Shown: in pieces, positions 37,300 to 47,363 of the stretch
How the letters are laid out: each line of letters begins with the position of its first letter
Numbering within the stretch: position 1 is the stretch's first letter
Assembly (NCBI GenBank): GCA_965207885.1
Contig: OZ242311.1
Location: forward strand, 3,488,001 to 3,552,000
DNA: 64,000 bases
From: Candidatus Latescibacterota bacterium
Lineage (GTDB): Bacteria > Latescibacterota > UBA2968
Reading direction: 5' to 3'
Notes under the pieces: model-generated
Database searches by the model: none
What the model was told of the DNA's origin: nothing
What the model saw: only the letters and a program-made list of their open reading frames with translations
Translations under genes and position numbers: made by a program

Positions 37300-38019
37300 T
37301 CATAGAGCCTCAACGAATTTTCGCGCTGCTATTTGCGCACGCTGGACAGATTGGGGAATATCCCAGGTGTCTTTGTTGCGGTCTTCCACACGGTTGCTAA
37401 TAGCGCGTAATTCGAGAAATGGAACCGCGTAAAGGATGCAGACATGTGCCGCGGCTGCGCCCTCCATGTTTTCGCATATCGCATTAAAACGCGCTGCCAA
37501 TTCATTCCCAATATCCTCGCGCCCTGTACACTGTTGCACTGTGACAAAAGGACCTTGCACAACACATTCGCCCGATTGTTCGAGTATGTGCTGCGCCCTG
37601 GCGACAAGCGCGGGATCGAGAGAATACGTATTGTAATAATCGCGATCTGTTGACAGGACGGGAATACCGATCTCATCAGCAGGAGACCAGCCAGCAGGTG
37701 TGATGACGCCTAAATCGCCATAATTTTCCTCGGTCGCAAGTGCGAGATCGCCCTTATCCAGGCCACTGCCGAGATAAGCACCGCCTATGCCGATTTGCAG
37801 AACGAGTTCGGGATCAATCTCCTGCAGTGCAACAGTCAGAGCCTGCGCCGTATTGACCGCCCCAATACCCGTTTCAACAAGGACTACGGGGCTGATGCCA
37901 ATCATACCGCGAACCCAGGCGCGATGTCCTATACGCTGTATTGTCGCCTGTTGAAGGCTATCGCGCAAACGCTGTTGCTCATAAGCCGTAGCTGTCAGGA
38001 TGAGCAGAGGATCGAGCAT
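37300..38019 (-). CDS. mqnB: Futalosine hydrolase (alternative GTG start at 38031)
   Basis: PNP/UDP fold (GIGAVN, GIGGAY, CENMEGAAAA, RAISNRVEDR); adjacent to mqnD. Confidence 0.9.
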   Translation of the reverse strand: MLDPLLILTATAYEQQRLRDSLQQATIQRIGHRAWVRGMIGISPVVLVETGIGAVNTAQALTVALQEIDPELVLQIGIGGAYLGSGLDKGDLALATEENYGDLGVITPAGWSPADEIGIPVLSTDRDYYNTYSLDPALVARAQHILEQSGECVVQGPFVTVQQCTGREDIGNELAARFNAICENMEGAAAAHVCILYAVPFLELRAISNRVEDRNKDTWDIPQSVQRAQIAARKFVEAL

Positions 38020-38031
38020 GGTCTTGAGCAC

Positions 38032-39051
38032 CTAAAAAGAAAAGGGCATCTTCAGAGACACGGTTCGCCGTGCAGGTTCGTACCATCCCTGAGGTGCGAA
38101 ATGGTCGGAATGCAAATAGCATTTCACATCTACCCAATCGCATCCCTCGGCAAAAGTCAAAACGCGACTCATCGGCACGTTCTTTTGCCCGTGAAATTTT
38201 GAAATCGCAGCGACGTTAATAAATGTCGCGCCCCACTTCTGTTCCACATGCGAACGCCCGCCGGTCGTATCCTCGGGATTTGTATGCGTGTGTCCGCCCA
38301 GCCAGATATCACAAACACCGGGATTATCTGCTAGAAAACCTTCAAATTGTCCGCTATCTGGTTTGCCACCCACCCAGTAGAGATACGAAGCCCCAATAGG
38401 TGCGCCATCGTCAAAACGACCGTGATAGCCTTCATCTACCCCCACCCAATCGAGCGAAGCAACCGTCGTCTCTTTTAACATGTGGTGATGTGCGGAAATG
38501 ATAATTTTATCCCGATGGGAAAGCACCATATCGCGCCACCATTCAAATGTCCCCTGTGTGACCGCGCCTGCGGGATAACCACCCCTATTTCCCCGTCCCA
38601 CAGGTGGCCCGCCATCATTGCGATCACCCATACACAAAAACAGGATATTGCCCACCTCAAAAGAATACCGATCCCACTGCCCGGTTACGGGATACGGTCG
38701 CTGGTTGGCATAAACACCCGAATATTCGGAGTTCACACCCATTGGGTCCACCCACTTTTGAAACCACCACTGGGTCTCTTCATCGGGACCACTCGCATCG
38801 TGATTGCCCACGATATTGTAAAAATGTGACCGCGGATGTTTGGTCGATACACTGTATTGCCGAACCACCTCCTCGCCTTCTTCATCGTCGGGCGGTTCCT
38901 GCGCGCCGGATAGATCGCCAATATCGAGCATCACATCCCATTCAAAATCCCGCTCTGCCTGTAAAATGGCTGTTTCCAAACTCTTTCGCCCCCGCCGCAG
39001 GTCCGTTCCCACATGCGCGTCCCCACCAGCCCAGAGTGTGAATGCACTCAT
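38032..39051 (-). CDS. Calcineurin-like metallophosphoesterase
   Basis: DAH, GD, GNHD, HHH and GHTH motifs. Confidence 0.85.
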   Translation of the reverse strand: MSAFTLWAGGDAHVGTDLRRGRKSLETAILQAERDFEWDVMLDIGDLSGAQEPPDDEEGEEVVRQYSVSTKHPRSHFYNIVGNHDASGPDEETQWWFQKWVDPMGVNSEYSGVYANQRPYPVTGQWDRYSFEVGNILFLCMGDRNDGGPPVGRGNRGGYPAGAVTQGTFEWWRDMVLSHRDKIIISAHHHMLKETTVASLDWVGVDEGYHGRFDDGAPIGASYLYWVGGKPDSGQFEGFLADNPGVCDIWLGGHTHTNPEDTTGGRSHVEQKWGATFINVAAISKFHGQKNVPMSRVLTFAEGCDWVDVKCYLHSDHFAPQGWYEPARRTVSLKMPFSF

Positions 39052-39923
39052 TGCGCCCCCCGCCACCCGATATCAATACTCGTGTACCCATTAGTATATC
39101 GCTTCAAATGGTCCGGAATATTTTTCAAAAACCACTTGCCTGATTCCGGTATCTCCCACGGAATATCGATTCTGTGATTGCGATCTCTAAACCCAATCGC
39201 GCACGAAAGGCGCGTCTCATCCAACCGATTGGGAAATGCCCCGTGGTACGTGCGGTGGGCAAACACAATCATATCTCCCCCATTTGTGAACAGGGGAACT
39301 AACCCCGGAATATCAAATCCCGCGTAGCGGTGTTCTTCCTCGCCTTCGGGATAAAACGAGCGCCGATCTGACGTCAACTTAAATCCTTCGGGACCTTCCC
39401 AGCCTTCCATATGAGAATCTTCGATCACACACAGGCCGCCGTGAATCGGGCGTGACCCTGTCAGATAAAACCACTTGCCCGACGGCCAGAGTCCGCGATT
39501 CAACACATCGCCCGAGTTCAAAACTTTATTGGAAAAACCACACCAATCCGTATGCCACCCCACGGGCTGAGACCCCGACATGCGAATGATCGCTGCAGAG
39601 CGATGGACGGTCATATCATCTGTGCCTATCAAATGCCGATGAATATCCATAAATGGCTCGTATTCCAAAAGCTCCCATGCACCTGGTCCAGATTCGATCC
39701 ACGCATGTCGCGTACAACTCTGGCCGCCCTCTAACGTCCCGTCTGGATCGGTACCGTCATACACAGCCTGTTTGAGCTTCTCGACAATCTCATCCGGCAA
39801 CACATCTTTAATAATCGCAAATCCGTGCGCCTCCAGGCACTCGGACATTGCATCGAGTTCATCTGTAGCAAACTCATAGCAATAGCCCAAATCGGGCTTT
39901 TTAATATGTGAATAGTCTGCCAT
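39048..39923 (-). CDS. PhyH family dioxygenase (HxD)
   Basis: GFAIIKDVL, GWHTDW, GDMIVFAHRTYHGA. Confidence 0.85.
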   Translation of the reverse strand: MADYSHIKKPDLGYCYEFATDELDAMSECLEAHGFAIIKDVLPDEIVEKLKQAVYDGTDPDGTLEGGQSCTRHAWIESGPGAWELLEYEPFMDIHRHLIGTDDMTVHRSAAIIRMSGSQPVGWHTDWCGFSNKVLNSGDVLNRGLWPSGKWFYLTGSRPIHGGLCVIEDSHMEGWEGPEGFKLTSDRRSFYPEGEEEHRYAGFDIPGLVPLFTNGGDMIVFAHRTYHGAFPNRLDETRLSCAIGFRDRNHRIDIPWEIPESGKWFLKNIPDHLKRYTNGYTSIDIGWRGAQ

Positions 39924-39944
39924 TTTTTCCTCCCTATGTGTTCT

Positions 39945-40958
39945 TTATTCAGGTGGATCAGAAGAAAGAGCATTTCCATCTGTCACCTGGCATCCGGCCA
40001 ACAACACTTCTTGCACGGTCAAATCGTGTGCCTGAGAATAATCCGGTTCTTTCTCGCCATTCATACACGCCCTCAACTCCCTCAACAGCGTTGGAAAACT
40101 ATCAGGAGGTTCAATCTCCAATTCCTGCCAGCCGCTCTGATACCCTTCGGTTTTCTCTTCCAAGCACAAACTCAGATTATTGGAGCCAATGGGCGCGTGA
40201 AGCGCTGTTCCCGACGTCCCGTGCACCTCAATCCGCCGTGCCATACCCACCTGCATGGCGGCCATGTCAATCGTGCCGAGACCGCGTTCAAAATCGTGTA
40301 CCACAACCGCGTTGTCAACGACAGTTCGTTTGCCATAATGTTTTCGGAGGATCGGATGTACATCTGTCGGGCGTCCCATCAAAGCCACCATAATATCTAC
40401 GAGATGACCCGCCATTTCAAAATAAATCCCCCCGTGATAAATGCCGTTCTCCTCTTCTAACTCTGTGCGCCAACTGTAGGGCTTTGGGATATGCCCGCGG
40501 TAAGCGTAAATATCACCCAACACATCCAGCTTTGCCAATCGAATAATCTCGTGGACAGCTGGATTATAACGCCACATATAGGCCAAATTGAGGACCAATT
40601 GTTTGTCCGATGCCAATTTCTGGATGCGCTTAAACTGGTCCAGATTGACTCCCGCGGGTTTTTCCAGCAATACATGCCTGCCTGCGGTGAGTGCTTGTTC
40701 GGCATAATCCAAATTCTGATAGACATGCCCTTCTACAATAACGGCATCGACCTCACTGTTTAACACCGCGTCAACCGAATCAAAAATGGGAATATCCAGC
40801 CCCTCTTCCGCACTCTTTTCCCGTCTGATCGCAATCACTTCGGGATCGGGATCGTACATGCCAATGAACTGAACCTCATCAGGCGACCGCGCAGCTTCGC
40901 GCAAGTGCATACTCGTATGACTGTGCCAGCAACCCAAAAACGCAACTTTTAATGCCAT
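39945..40958 (-). CDS. Gfo/Idh/MocA family oxidoreductase
   Basis: KVAFLG, HVLLEKP, MAGHLVD. Confidence 0.88.
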   Translation of the reverse strand: MALKVAFLGCWHSHTSMHLREAARSPDEVQFIGMYDPDPEVIAIRREKSAEEGLDIPIFDSVDAVLNSEVDAVIVEGHVYQNLDYAEQALTAGRHVLLEKPAGVNLDQFKRIQKLASDKQLVLNLAYMWRYNPAVHEIIRLAKLDVLGDIYAYRGHIPKPYSWRTELEEENGIYHGGIYFEMAGHLVDIMVALMGRPTDVHPILRKHYGKRTVVDNAVVVHDFERGLGTIDMAAMQVGMARRIEVHGTSGTALHAPIGSNNLSLCLEEKTEGYQSGWQELEIEPPDSFPTLLRELRACMNGEKEPDYSQAHDLTVQEVLLAGCQVTDGNALSSDPPE

Positions 40959-40972
40959 TGAAAACTCCTTTG

Positions 40973-43663
40973 CTATTTCACCTCAAAATCACCCGAACCA
41001 ACTGAGCGTTGTTCTACATCCCCATCTCGAATGGTCACAAACGCCGATGTCCGAATCTGCAACTGCACTGTGCCTTCAACCTCTCGAAGCGGAAAAAAGC
41101 AATGCGCCATTCCCGTATTTGTAATGCGAAAACCGGGATCGTCTTCGAGAATGACCTCCCTACCCACCACGCGTTGAACGCGCAACCCGCGCGTTGTGCC
41201 ATCGCCAAATATCACCACAGCAACAGCACCGTCTATGTCACCCATTTCAGGCGTACCATTCACGACCAATGCATGGTACGGCGCACCATCCTCTGTTCGC
41301 AATACATCTGTAACCTGCCCCGTATAGATACCTTCACCCGTTAATTGCGCTGTTTTCCATTGCACCTTCTCCCCACCCCATAAACCCATAACTCGCGCCT
41401 CACCATCCTGTTCGCGCACAAAACCGACTTCGCCTTGAAATGTAAGATCGCCCAAGCGAAAAACTTCTGTCCCGGGTTGCAGAACAATGTGATCCGTACC
41501 CCCCGGGTGGCGCACTTTCAGATACACGCCGCGCTCGCCAACATCCTCCGCCTCAACAGAATCGATAAACGCCCTATCCCGAAACGGTTCGTGAACAGCC
41601 GTAAATCGACTCGGCGATCGACCTTTTTGCTGAACCATCAACATGGGCATGCGAAAGCGATCAATCAGTGTTTCATCTTCATCTGCGCGCCGCACAGAAG
41701 GCGCATCACCCACAAAAAGTTTGCTGTCCTTCAGTCCCACAAGATGAATACGCACAGCAACATCATCTCCGTGAAAAGTGACACGCGCATCCTGTACATA
41801 ATCGCTATATAACACATTCTGAAAAAATGCAAGCGCGACATTCCGTCCCTCTGCATCCCCCCGGTCGCGTTCGTGTTCTGGAAATCGCACCTTCACACCC
41901 GGCAAAAGATTTTCACCATAATTCTGCAAAGGCACATTGACCTCTGTCCGCATATCGCCATCCGCACTTCCGTGCATCACCCAATCGCGCTGATCGCCGC
42001 CCCGCACGCGAAACAGGTCAACCACATAGTGATCCTCTCCCCCCACATTTACGAGCATGACCAATCGCCGATATTCTTCCGCCAGTCCGGGATACACACC
42101 TTCCCCACTCGCTTCCACCCATTGCACAGAGGGATATGCGGCTTCAAACGCCAGCAGAGAACCATCTATAATACCCTTTCGATTGGAGCGTTCTTGTTCC
42201 ACTTCATCGATCAACACAGTATTGTGGCACAAGGTGCTGACCGTCCAACTTCGGTATTGGGTATGGGTATAGCCCACATCGGAGAGCAGTTCCTGTCCCC
42301 TGGCAAAAAGCATCAGATTCAAATTGTCTGCATGGGCATGTCCATAAGCCCCCGAAAAATGCAGGTGCACCTGCACCTGATGTTCGCCATTTCCCCTCCC
42401 CAACCAGGCATGCCCAACACCCGGCAGCAGTGTCGAATGCGATTGTTCAAGCGGTTTGACATTGGGATCAACCCGCCGACTATCCCGATATGCCCAGGCA
42501 TCGTGCATGGGAATCCACCGCCCATCTGGATATCTGCAAATATCCAGAAGATGATTTGCCTTTCTCACAATGGCAATATCGCGCTCCAAATCGAGATTGT
42601 CATATCGCACGCCATCATCCGACACATAACCCAATGGGTCGGAATACCCTTTCAGCGCATCAAATACCACTTGCATACCCGCCATTGTCATCCGTTGATA
42701 CCCCAAACTGCCTTCATGCCAGAAGCCATCTGCATAAAATTGGCTCTCAAACAGCCCGATACTGCGACGAACCGCTTCATGTACCAGTTCGGGATCGCCC
42801 AAAACGCGACCAATCACCGCATACCCGCGATAGATATGGGGACTCGCATTGGTATAGACAATCCCGTGATATCTATCCTGCCGAATGGCTCCGCGAAAGA
42901 AATCGTCCTCAATCCGCTTTTTCACATCTATCCCAACCGCATCGGACAACCGCTCCAGTTCACCACTCGTATAAATCGCATCATAGGCCCTAACCAGATT
43001 GGTCGGCATCTCATCGTGCCGCCACCGCCCCCACTTTCCCCCATTATTTGGATAGGGCGGTTCAAACACAAACCCCTTTTGTTCGTGTGGCCGATCATAA
43101 CTCACCAGAAAGCCCGGGTAATACCGCGCGAATGCGTCCAGAATCAATGTCGCGCGTCGTGCATACGTCGCATCTCCTATTGCCTGGTACAATTCTCCCA
43201 AATCTTCGGCAATCGCCGCAAAATACACACGCGCTTCTCGCCACGCCTTTGCCCGAAAGTAATACCGAAATCCCGTCTCGTCTTCCCAAAATGGATATGT
43301 CATCCTCTCACCCGTCGGGTTGACAACTGTCAGCATCTCATCATCGGGATACGCCTCATTGGGAAACACCATCTCGCAATAGCGGCACTGCACGCGATGT
43401 GGATCTCTGATTGACCACCGCAACTGCCCCTCCTGAGCACCCGCATCACAATCGGGACATCCCACAAATCGAAACCCCGTCTTATCGGGGATCAACGCCA
43501 CCATCTCCGCTTCAGAAAGTCCCATCACCGCTCGCACGCGCCGTTTCAAACGCACGACTTCCTTCTCGGTTAAGCTCACCTGGTAAACCGGGCGTTCAGT
43601 GGCTTGCATAGCCGATACTCCTATCAGAATTTGGATTGTGATCAAAAGAATCCGTATTGACAT
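40973..43663 (-). CDS. Heparinase II/III family (polysaccharide lyase-like) secreted protein
   Basis: Signal peptide; DGFWHEGSLGY; GHAHADNLNLMLFARG...SDVGY; HNTVLID. Confidence 0.85.
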   Translation of the reverse strand: MSIRILLITIQILIGVSAMQATERPVYQVSLTEKEVVRLKRRVRAVMGLSEAEMVALIPDKTGFRFVGCPDCDAGAQEGQLRWSIRDPHRVQCRYCEMVFPNEAYPDDEMLTVVNPTGERMTYPFWEDETGFRYYFRAKAWREARVYFAAIAEDLGELYQAIGDATYARRATLILDAFARYYPGFLVSYDRPHEQKGFVFEPPYPNNGGKWGRWRHDEMPTNLVRAYDAIYTSGELERLSDAVGIDVKKRIEDDFFRGAIRQDRYHGIVYTNASPHIYRGYAVIGRVLGDPELVHEAVRRSIGLFESQFYADGFWHEGSLGYQRMTMAGMQVVFDALKGYSDPLGYVSDDGVRYDNLDLERDIAIVRKANHLLDICRYPDGRWIPMHDAWAYRDSRRVDPNVKPLEQSHSTLLPGVGHAWLGRGNGEHQVQVHLHFSGAYGHAHADNLNLMLFARGQELLSDVGYTHTQYRSWTVSTLCHNTVLIDEVEQERSNRKGIIDGSLLAFEAAYPSVQWVEASGEGVYPGLAEEYRRLVMLVNVGGEDHYVVDLFRVRGGDQRDWVMHGSADGDMRTEVNVPLQNYGENLLPGVKVRFPEHERDRGDAEGRNVALAFFQNVLYSDYVQDARVTFHGDDVAVRIHLVGLKDSKLFVGDAPSVRRADEDETLIDRFRMPMLMVQQKGRSPSRFTAVHEPFRDRAFIDSVEAEDVGERGVYLKVRHPGGTDHIVLQPGTEVFRLGDLTFQGEVGFVREQDGEARVMGLWGGEKVQWKTAQLTGEGIYTGQVTDVLRTEDGAPYHALVVNGTPEMGDIDGAVAVVIFGDGTTRGLRVQRVVGREVILEDDPGFRITNTGMAHCFFPLREVEGTVQLQIRTSAFVTIRDGDVEQRSVGSGDFEVK

Positions 43664-43665
43664 TT

Positions 43666-44955
43666 TTATTTTATCTCATCCAAACGCGCTCGGAACCCGG
43701 GCAAAAGAGCTGTGACCACGGCGGTTGCAACCAGGGCGACACTGGTGTGCAAACCGAGGGCGATAGGCGCGCCATAGACTTCGGTGAGTTTGCCAATTTG
43801 CAGGCTGCCAAGTGGTCCTGCGCCAATGGCGAGGACGAGTGTACCCATTGCGCGGTCTCTCATATCATCACGGGCAGCGATAAGTATTATTGAGCTTTGC
43901 ATCACGGTAAAAAATGCATGCCCCAGGCCAGCAAGTATGAGGAGAAAGATAGCGAGTGGAAAGGCAACCGACGCGCCGAACAGGGTGAGCGCACCAACCC
44001 AGGACGTGCTAAAGGCAAAGACAAACAGCGCAAGAGACTGAAAAAGCGATCCAGCGGAAAATATCCAGCCACGGCTGAGGCGCGAGCGCAACACACTGAC
44101 CGCGTAAAGGCCAAAAAACGCCCCAATACCATTGCACGCGCCCAGCACACCGTATTCAAGTGGCCCCTTGTGAAGAATATCATGTGTAAAAATGGGCAGA
44201 ATGGTCTGGTAGGGAAACGCCAGAAAATTCATGATCACAGTAATGAGCAACGTCCCCATAATCGGCTGGCTGGTACGTATGTATTGCAAGCCTTCGCGCA
44301 TCAGCGTCCACGGAGAAGTTTTGAGAATCGCAGGATGACGCGGCACTTTGACGCCCAGCATGATCAGAAATGAGATAAGGGAGATGAAAAAAATAGTGAT
44401 ATAACAGTCCAGGACGCCAAATAAAGCGTAAATATATCCGCTCAAAAAAGGACCAATCATGCGAGCGATATTTTGGGTAACGCTTTCGAGCATCATCGCT
44501 TCAACCGTGCGCTGCTTGCTTACCAGATCGGGTACCAGGGCGCGACGAGCAGTCCAGTTAAGAGACCACGAGGTGCCAAATAACACCGCGCCAATCGCGA
44601 GATGCCAGACTGCCAGTTGGTTGGTCCAGAGCAGCAGGATAATGGCTGCGAGAACCAGTACGCTGAGCCACTGCGAAAAAATCACGATGCGAACGCGCCC
44701 AACGCTATTGATCAATGGCCCGGCGATAAAACCGATGAGCAACAGGGGAATAGATCGGTAAAAACCAATCAGCGCGACGTCAAACGCAGAGTGGGTAATC
44801 TCAAAAACGAGCCATCCCACGACAATCATTTCCATCCACATGGCCTGCCACCAGAGCATATTGCTCAGGATCAGGTAGCGAAAACCGCGGTTGCCCAGGG
44901 GAGCAAGGGATCCTCGAAAGGAGATGACAAATTTTCCCGTTCTTCTAATGCGCAT
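43666..44955 (-). CDS. MFS transporter (DHA3/EntS-like)
   Basis: About 12 TM helices; ARRALVPDLV, MRDRAMG. Confidence 0.9.
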   Translation of the reverse strand: MRIRRTGKFVISFRGSLAPLGNRGFRYLILSNMLWWQAMWMEMIVVGWLVFEITHSAFDVALIGFYRSIPLLLIGFIAGPLINSVGRVRIVIFSQWLSVLVLAAIILLLWTNQLAVWHLAIGAVLFGTSWSLNWTARRALVPDLVSKQRTVEAMMLESVTQNIARMIGPFLSGYIYALFGVLDCYITIFFISLISFLIMLGVKVPRHPAILKTSPWTLMREGLQYIRTSQPIMGTLLITVIMNFLAFPYQTILPIFTHDILHKGPLEYGVLGACNGIGAFFGLYAVSVLRSRLSRGWIFSAGSLFQSLALFVFAFSTSWVGALTLFGASVAFPLAIFLLILAGLGHAFFTVMQSSIILIAARDDMRDRAMGTLVLAIGAGPLGSLQIGKLTEVYGAPIALGLHTSVALVATAVVTALLPGFRARLDEIK

Positions 44956-45021
44956 GGTCGAGTTTCAAATCCAATCTTCATAGCGCGGAGAATGTCGTCT
45001 ATCGCTATAGCCTCTGCTCTT

Positions 45022-45594
45022 TTACCGCCCAATCTCAAAATCACGCGCCACTGCCCTTGCCATCGTCACGAGAACATCGCTGTCGATGCGCTCGCGATAA
45101 TTGGGATTAATATATTGAAATTGGATCTTGCGATTGGGTGCAATTACAAAGAGCGATGGTACGGGCAAAGAGCGTTTTCTATTATTCATAAAAGCAACGC
45201 CATAAGCCTTTGCTGCCTCAAATTCCACATCCGATAATAGCGCAAAATTGAGACCCACGCGATCGCGCACCTCAGCCAATTTTTCAGGCGGATCGGGCGC
45301 AATAGCAATAATTTCAAAACCCAAACCATCCAACTGTGACTTCAGTTCTTGCAGTTGTCCCAACTGCCGTCGGCAATGCGGTCACCAGTATCCCCGATAA
45401 AAAATCAAAATCGTCGGTTTTTTGTGCGCGCCCAGATCAAAATCCCGTCCATTCGCATCGGCGAGCCTCAGCGCGGGAACTTCATCTCCAACCATCAGGG
45501 GACGCACTTTATTGGGCGCATCGGGCAATTGCGCGTGCCCCCATCCAAAAGTACCAAATACTATCAGCAATGCGACCCAGATTATATTCTTCAT
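45022..45594 (-). CDS. AhpC/TSA peroxiredoxin-like selenoprotein (UxxC; UGA at 45382-45384 read as Sec), 190 aa
   Basis: The two track ORFs are in the same frame, giving FYRGYW-UGA-PHC-RRQLGQL; signal peptide; LPVPSLFVI cis-Pro motif; downstream hairpin. Confidence 0.88.
45351..45381 (-). promoter_or_regulatory. Putative bacterial SECIS element
   Basis: GCAGUUG-GGA-CAACUGC hairpin whose G-rich loop lies about 20 nt 3' of the UGA. Confidence 0.7.
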
Positions 45595-45608
45595 AAAAAT
45601 CTCCTATA

Positions 45609-47081
45609 TTACAATGAAAGAATTTTCCTGATCTTCCCCGGTTGTGCCCAGTTGCATTTTCCCTCTCCGTTGAGTTGTCTCAACAAAATGGGAATACCCG
45701 GATGCTGAAGCGCAGCGCAAACCCTCTCGGCATCCCCCTCGTTTCGACAAGGGATAAATGCCTGCATCGCTTGATTCGCCTGCCACACCTGCCCATCCTC
45801 GCTGTTTAAGATCACCGGATGGAAGTCGCTCTTACCATAAGCCTCCCAGATAACCTTGTAGGGCGCAAAAGAATACGGACCAACGCCGAGCAACGACCAC
45901 CAGACGCCTTTGGCAATAGCAGATCGGATCAAAGTACCTCTCCGACCTTCCAGTTTGCCTCTGACCTCAATGAGATATTGTCTGAGTTCGGCATATCGCT
46001 CAATGCTGGCCCACGAAAGCGGTCGTCCTGTATTTCTATTGTATGGAAGCAGAATCCATTTATGCGGAGCCAGGTCCTCATTCTTCCAGATCTCCTTTGT
46101 CGCAAGCGGAAATAGGAACTCCTCTGGCAGGTACCCTGGCTTATCCTCGAACATGAAAATCGCATTTGTACCACAAGTATTCACGCCCTGGCGCGGTTTT
46201 TGGTCAGAAGATAGTTCGACTTTGATGGCGCTAAGATCATCGGTATCCCCGCGTTGAAGAACGCGCCATTGATCGTCAGATGCCTTGAGCGGAACCGTAC
46301 GGTGTTCGGTCCACTCGCCCTGGCGCTCTCTGAAATATCTGATGGGAAATTTGTGCGGCACATCCATGCGAAACCTGGCACAGCAGTAAGATGTGCCTAC
46401 CCCTCCGAATACCTCTGTCTCAGTAAATTCACAGACCTCATCCACCGCAAATCTCCGACCACTGGCGATGTAATCTCTGAATCCCCTGTGAGCATCACCT
46501 GAGAAGAGAGAAAGTGGTAGAAAGAAACATCCTATCCCATTCTTGCACAGCAATTTGCCCAATACGACCTTCAACACCAGTGCGGCTATATCGGTGCGAG
46601 AGGAACCGAGAAGAACCTGTTTTTTATCGGGAACCAGACCTTCTGCCACAAAATAGGGCTTGAGTCTTTCCTTATATGAATTGGACAAATCCGTGAAATT
46701 TGCCCACGGCGGGTTGCCAAACAAAATATCGTACTCACTATTCGGGGGATCTGTAATCACATCTAAAGCGAGAAGCTGAGACGAAGGAAAATCAATCGCG
46801 AATTTCCGACGCGCTTTGTGCTGAAACGCCTGAAGATGTGACGCACGTACCTCGATCAAAGTCAGCCGCGAAAGAAGCTCTGGCGATACCCGAATACCTC
46901 TCGATCTGGCGAGACGAAACAGCGCGAGCGCGAAAGCACCCTGTCCCGCAGTCGGGTCACAAACAGACGCCCCATCAATCCACGCATCGAAAACATCCCA
47001 CCGCTCGATAAGCCATTCTGCCCATTTGATCGGAGTAAAAATCTGTCCCACCTCAACACTGTGTGAATTGTTTATATACAT
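45609..47081 (-). CDS. Orphan N6-adenine DNA methyltransferase (Eco57I/TaqI-like, gamma class)
   Basis: GQIFTP, CDPTAGQGAF (motif I), GNPPW (motif IV), C-terminal target-recognition region. Confidence 0.88.
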   Translation of the reverse strand: MYINNSHSVEVGQIFTPIKWAEWLIERWDVFDAWIDGASVCDPTAGQGAFALALFRLARSRGIRVSPELLSRLTLIEVRASHLQAFQHKARRKFAIDFPSSQLLALDVITDPPNSEYDILFGNPPWANFTDLSNSYKERLKPYFVAEGLVPDKKQVLLGSSRTDIAALVLKVVLGKLLCKNGIGCFFLPLSLFSGDAHRGFRDYIASGRRFAVDEVCEFTETEVFGGVGTSYCCARFRMDVPHKFPIRYFRERQGEWTEHRTVPLKASDDQWRVLQRGDTDDLSAIKVELSSDQKPRQGVNTCGTNAIFMFEDKPGYLPEEFLFPLATKEIWKNEDLAPHKWILLPYNRNTGRPLSWASIERYAELRQYLIEVRGKLEGRRGTLIRSAIAKGVWWSLLGVGPYSFAPYKVIWEAYGKSDFHPVILNSEDGQVWQANQAMQAFIPCRNEGDAERVCAALQHPGIPILLRQLNGEGKCNWAQPGKIRKILSL

Positions 47082-47225
47082 TCTCCTCAACCCATTCCAG
47101 CGCAATTTTTTATGCCAATCTTCTAATGAATTTTATCCAAAGCAGCCAGATACTGATTTCGGATACTTTTCCCTTTGAAATCACATATTGCATTTATACA
47201 CGCCTGTTTGTCAAAATTCAACCCG

Positions 47226-47254
47226 ATTATACCCGCCTGACAAACACCTGTCAA
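47226..47254 (-). promoter_or_regulatory. Perfect consensus sigma70 promoter
   Basis: TTGACA-ggtgtttgtcaggcggg (17 bp)-TATAAT on the minus strand. Confidence 0.85.
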
Positions 47255-47320
47255 CCGATTTGTGTCAATGAGGCGCGGGAATATCTCATTCCATCGGTTA
47301 TTCTCAATCTGTCCATTTAC

Positions 47321-47363
47321 AAAAAAAGGCGGCACTGGCAATGTCCTTCACCAGTGCCGCCTT
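47321..47363 (-). terminator. Rho-independent terminator
   Basis: 13-bp stem aaggcggcactgg / ccagtgccgcctt followed by a T run on the minus strand. Confidence 0.85.

Noticed and set aside
41873-43414. 513-aa ORF on the + strand
   Set aside because: Antisense shadow of the heparinase II/III gene; no motifs and an odd His/Ile/Pro-rich composition.
47123-47341. 72-aa minus-strand ORF as a possible restriction or controller gene for the MTase
   Set aside because: It starts inside a terminator hairpin, runs through the consensus promoter, and has no RBS or HTH/PD-(D/E)xK motif.
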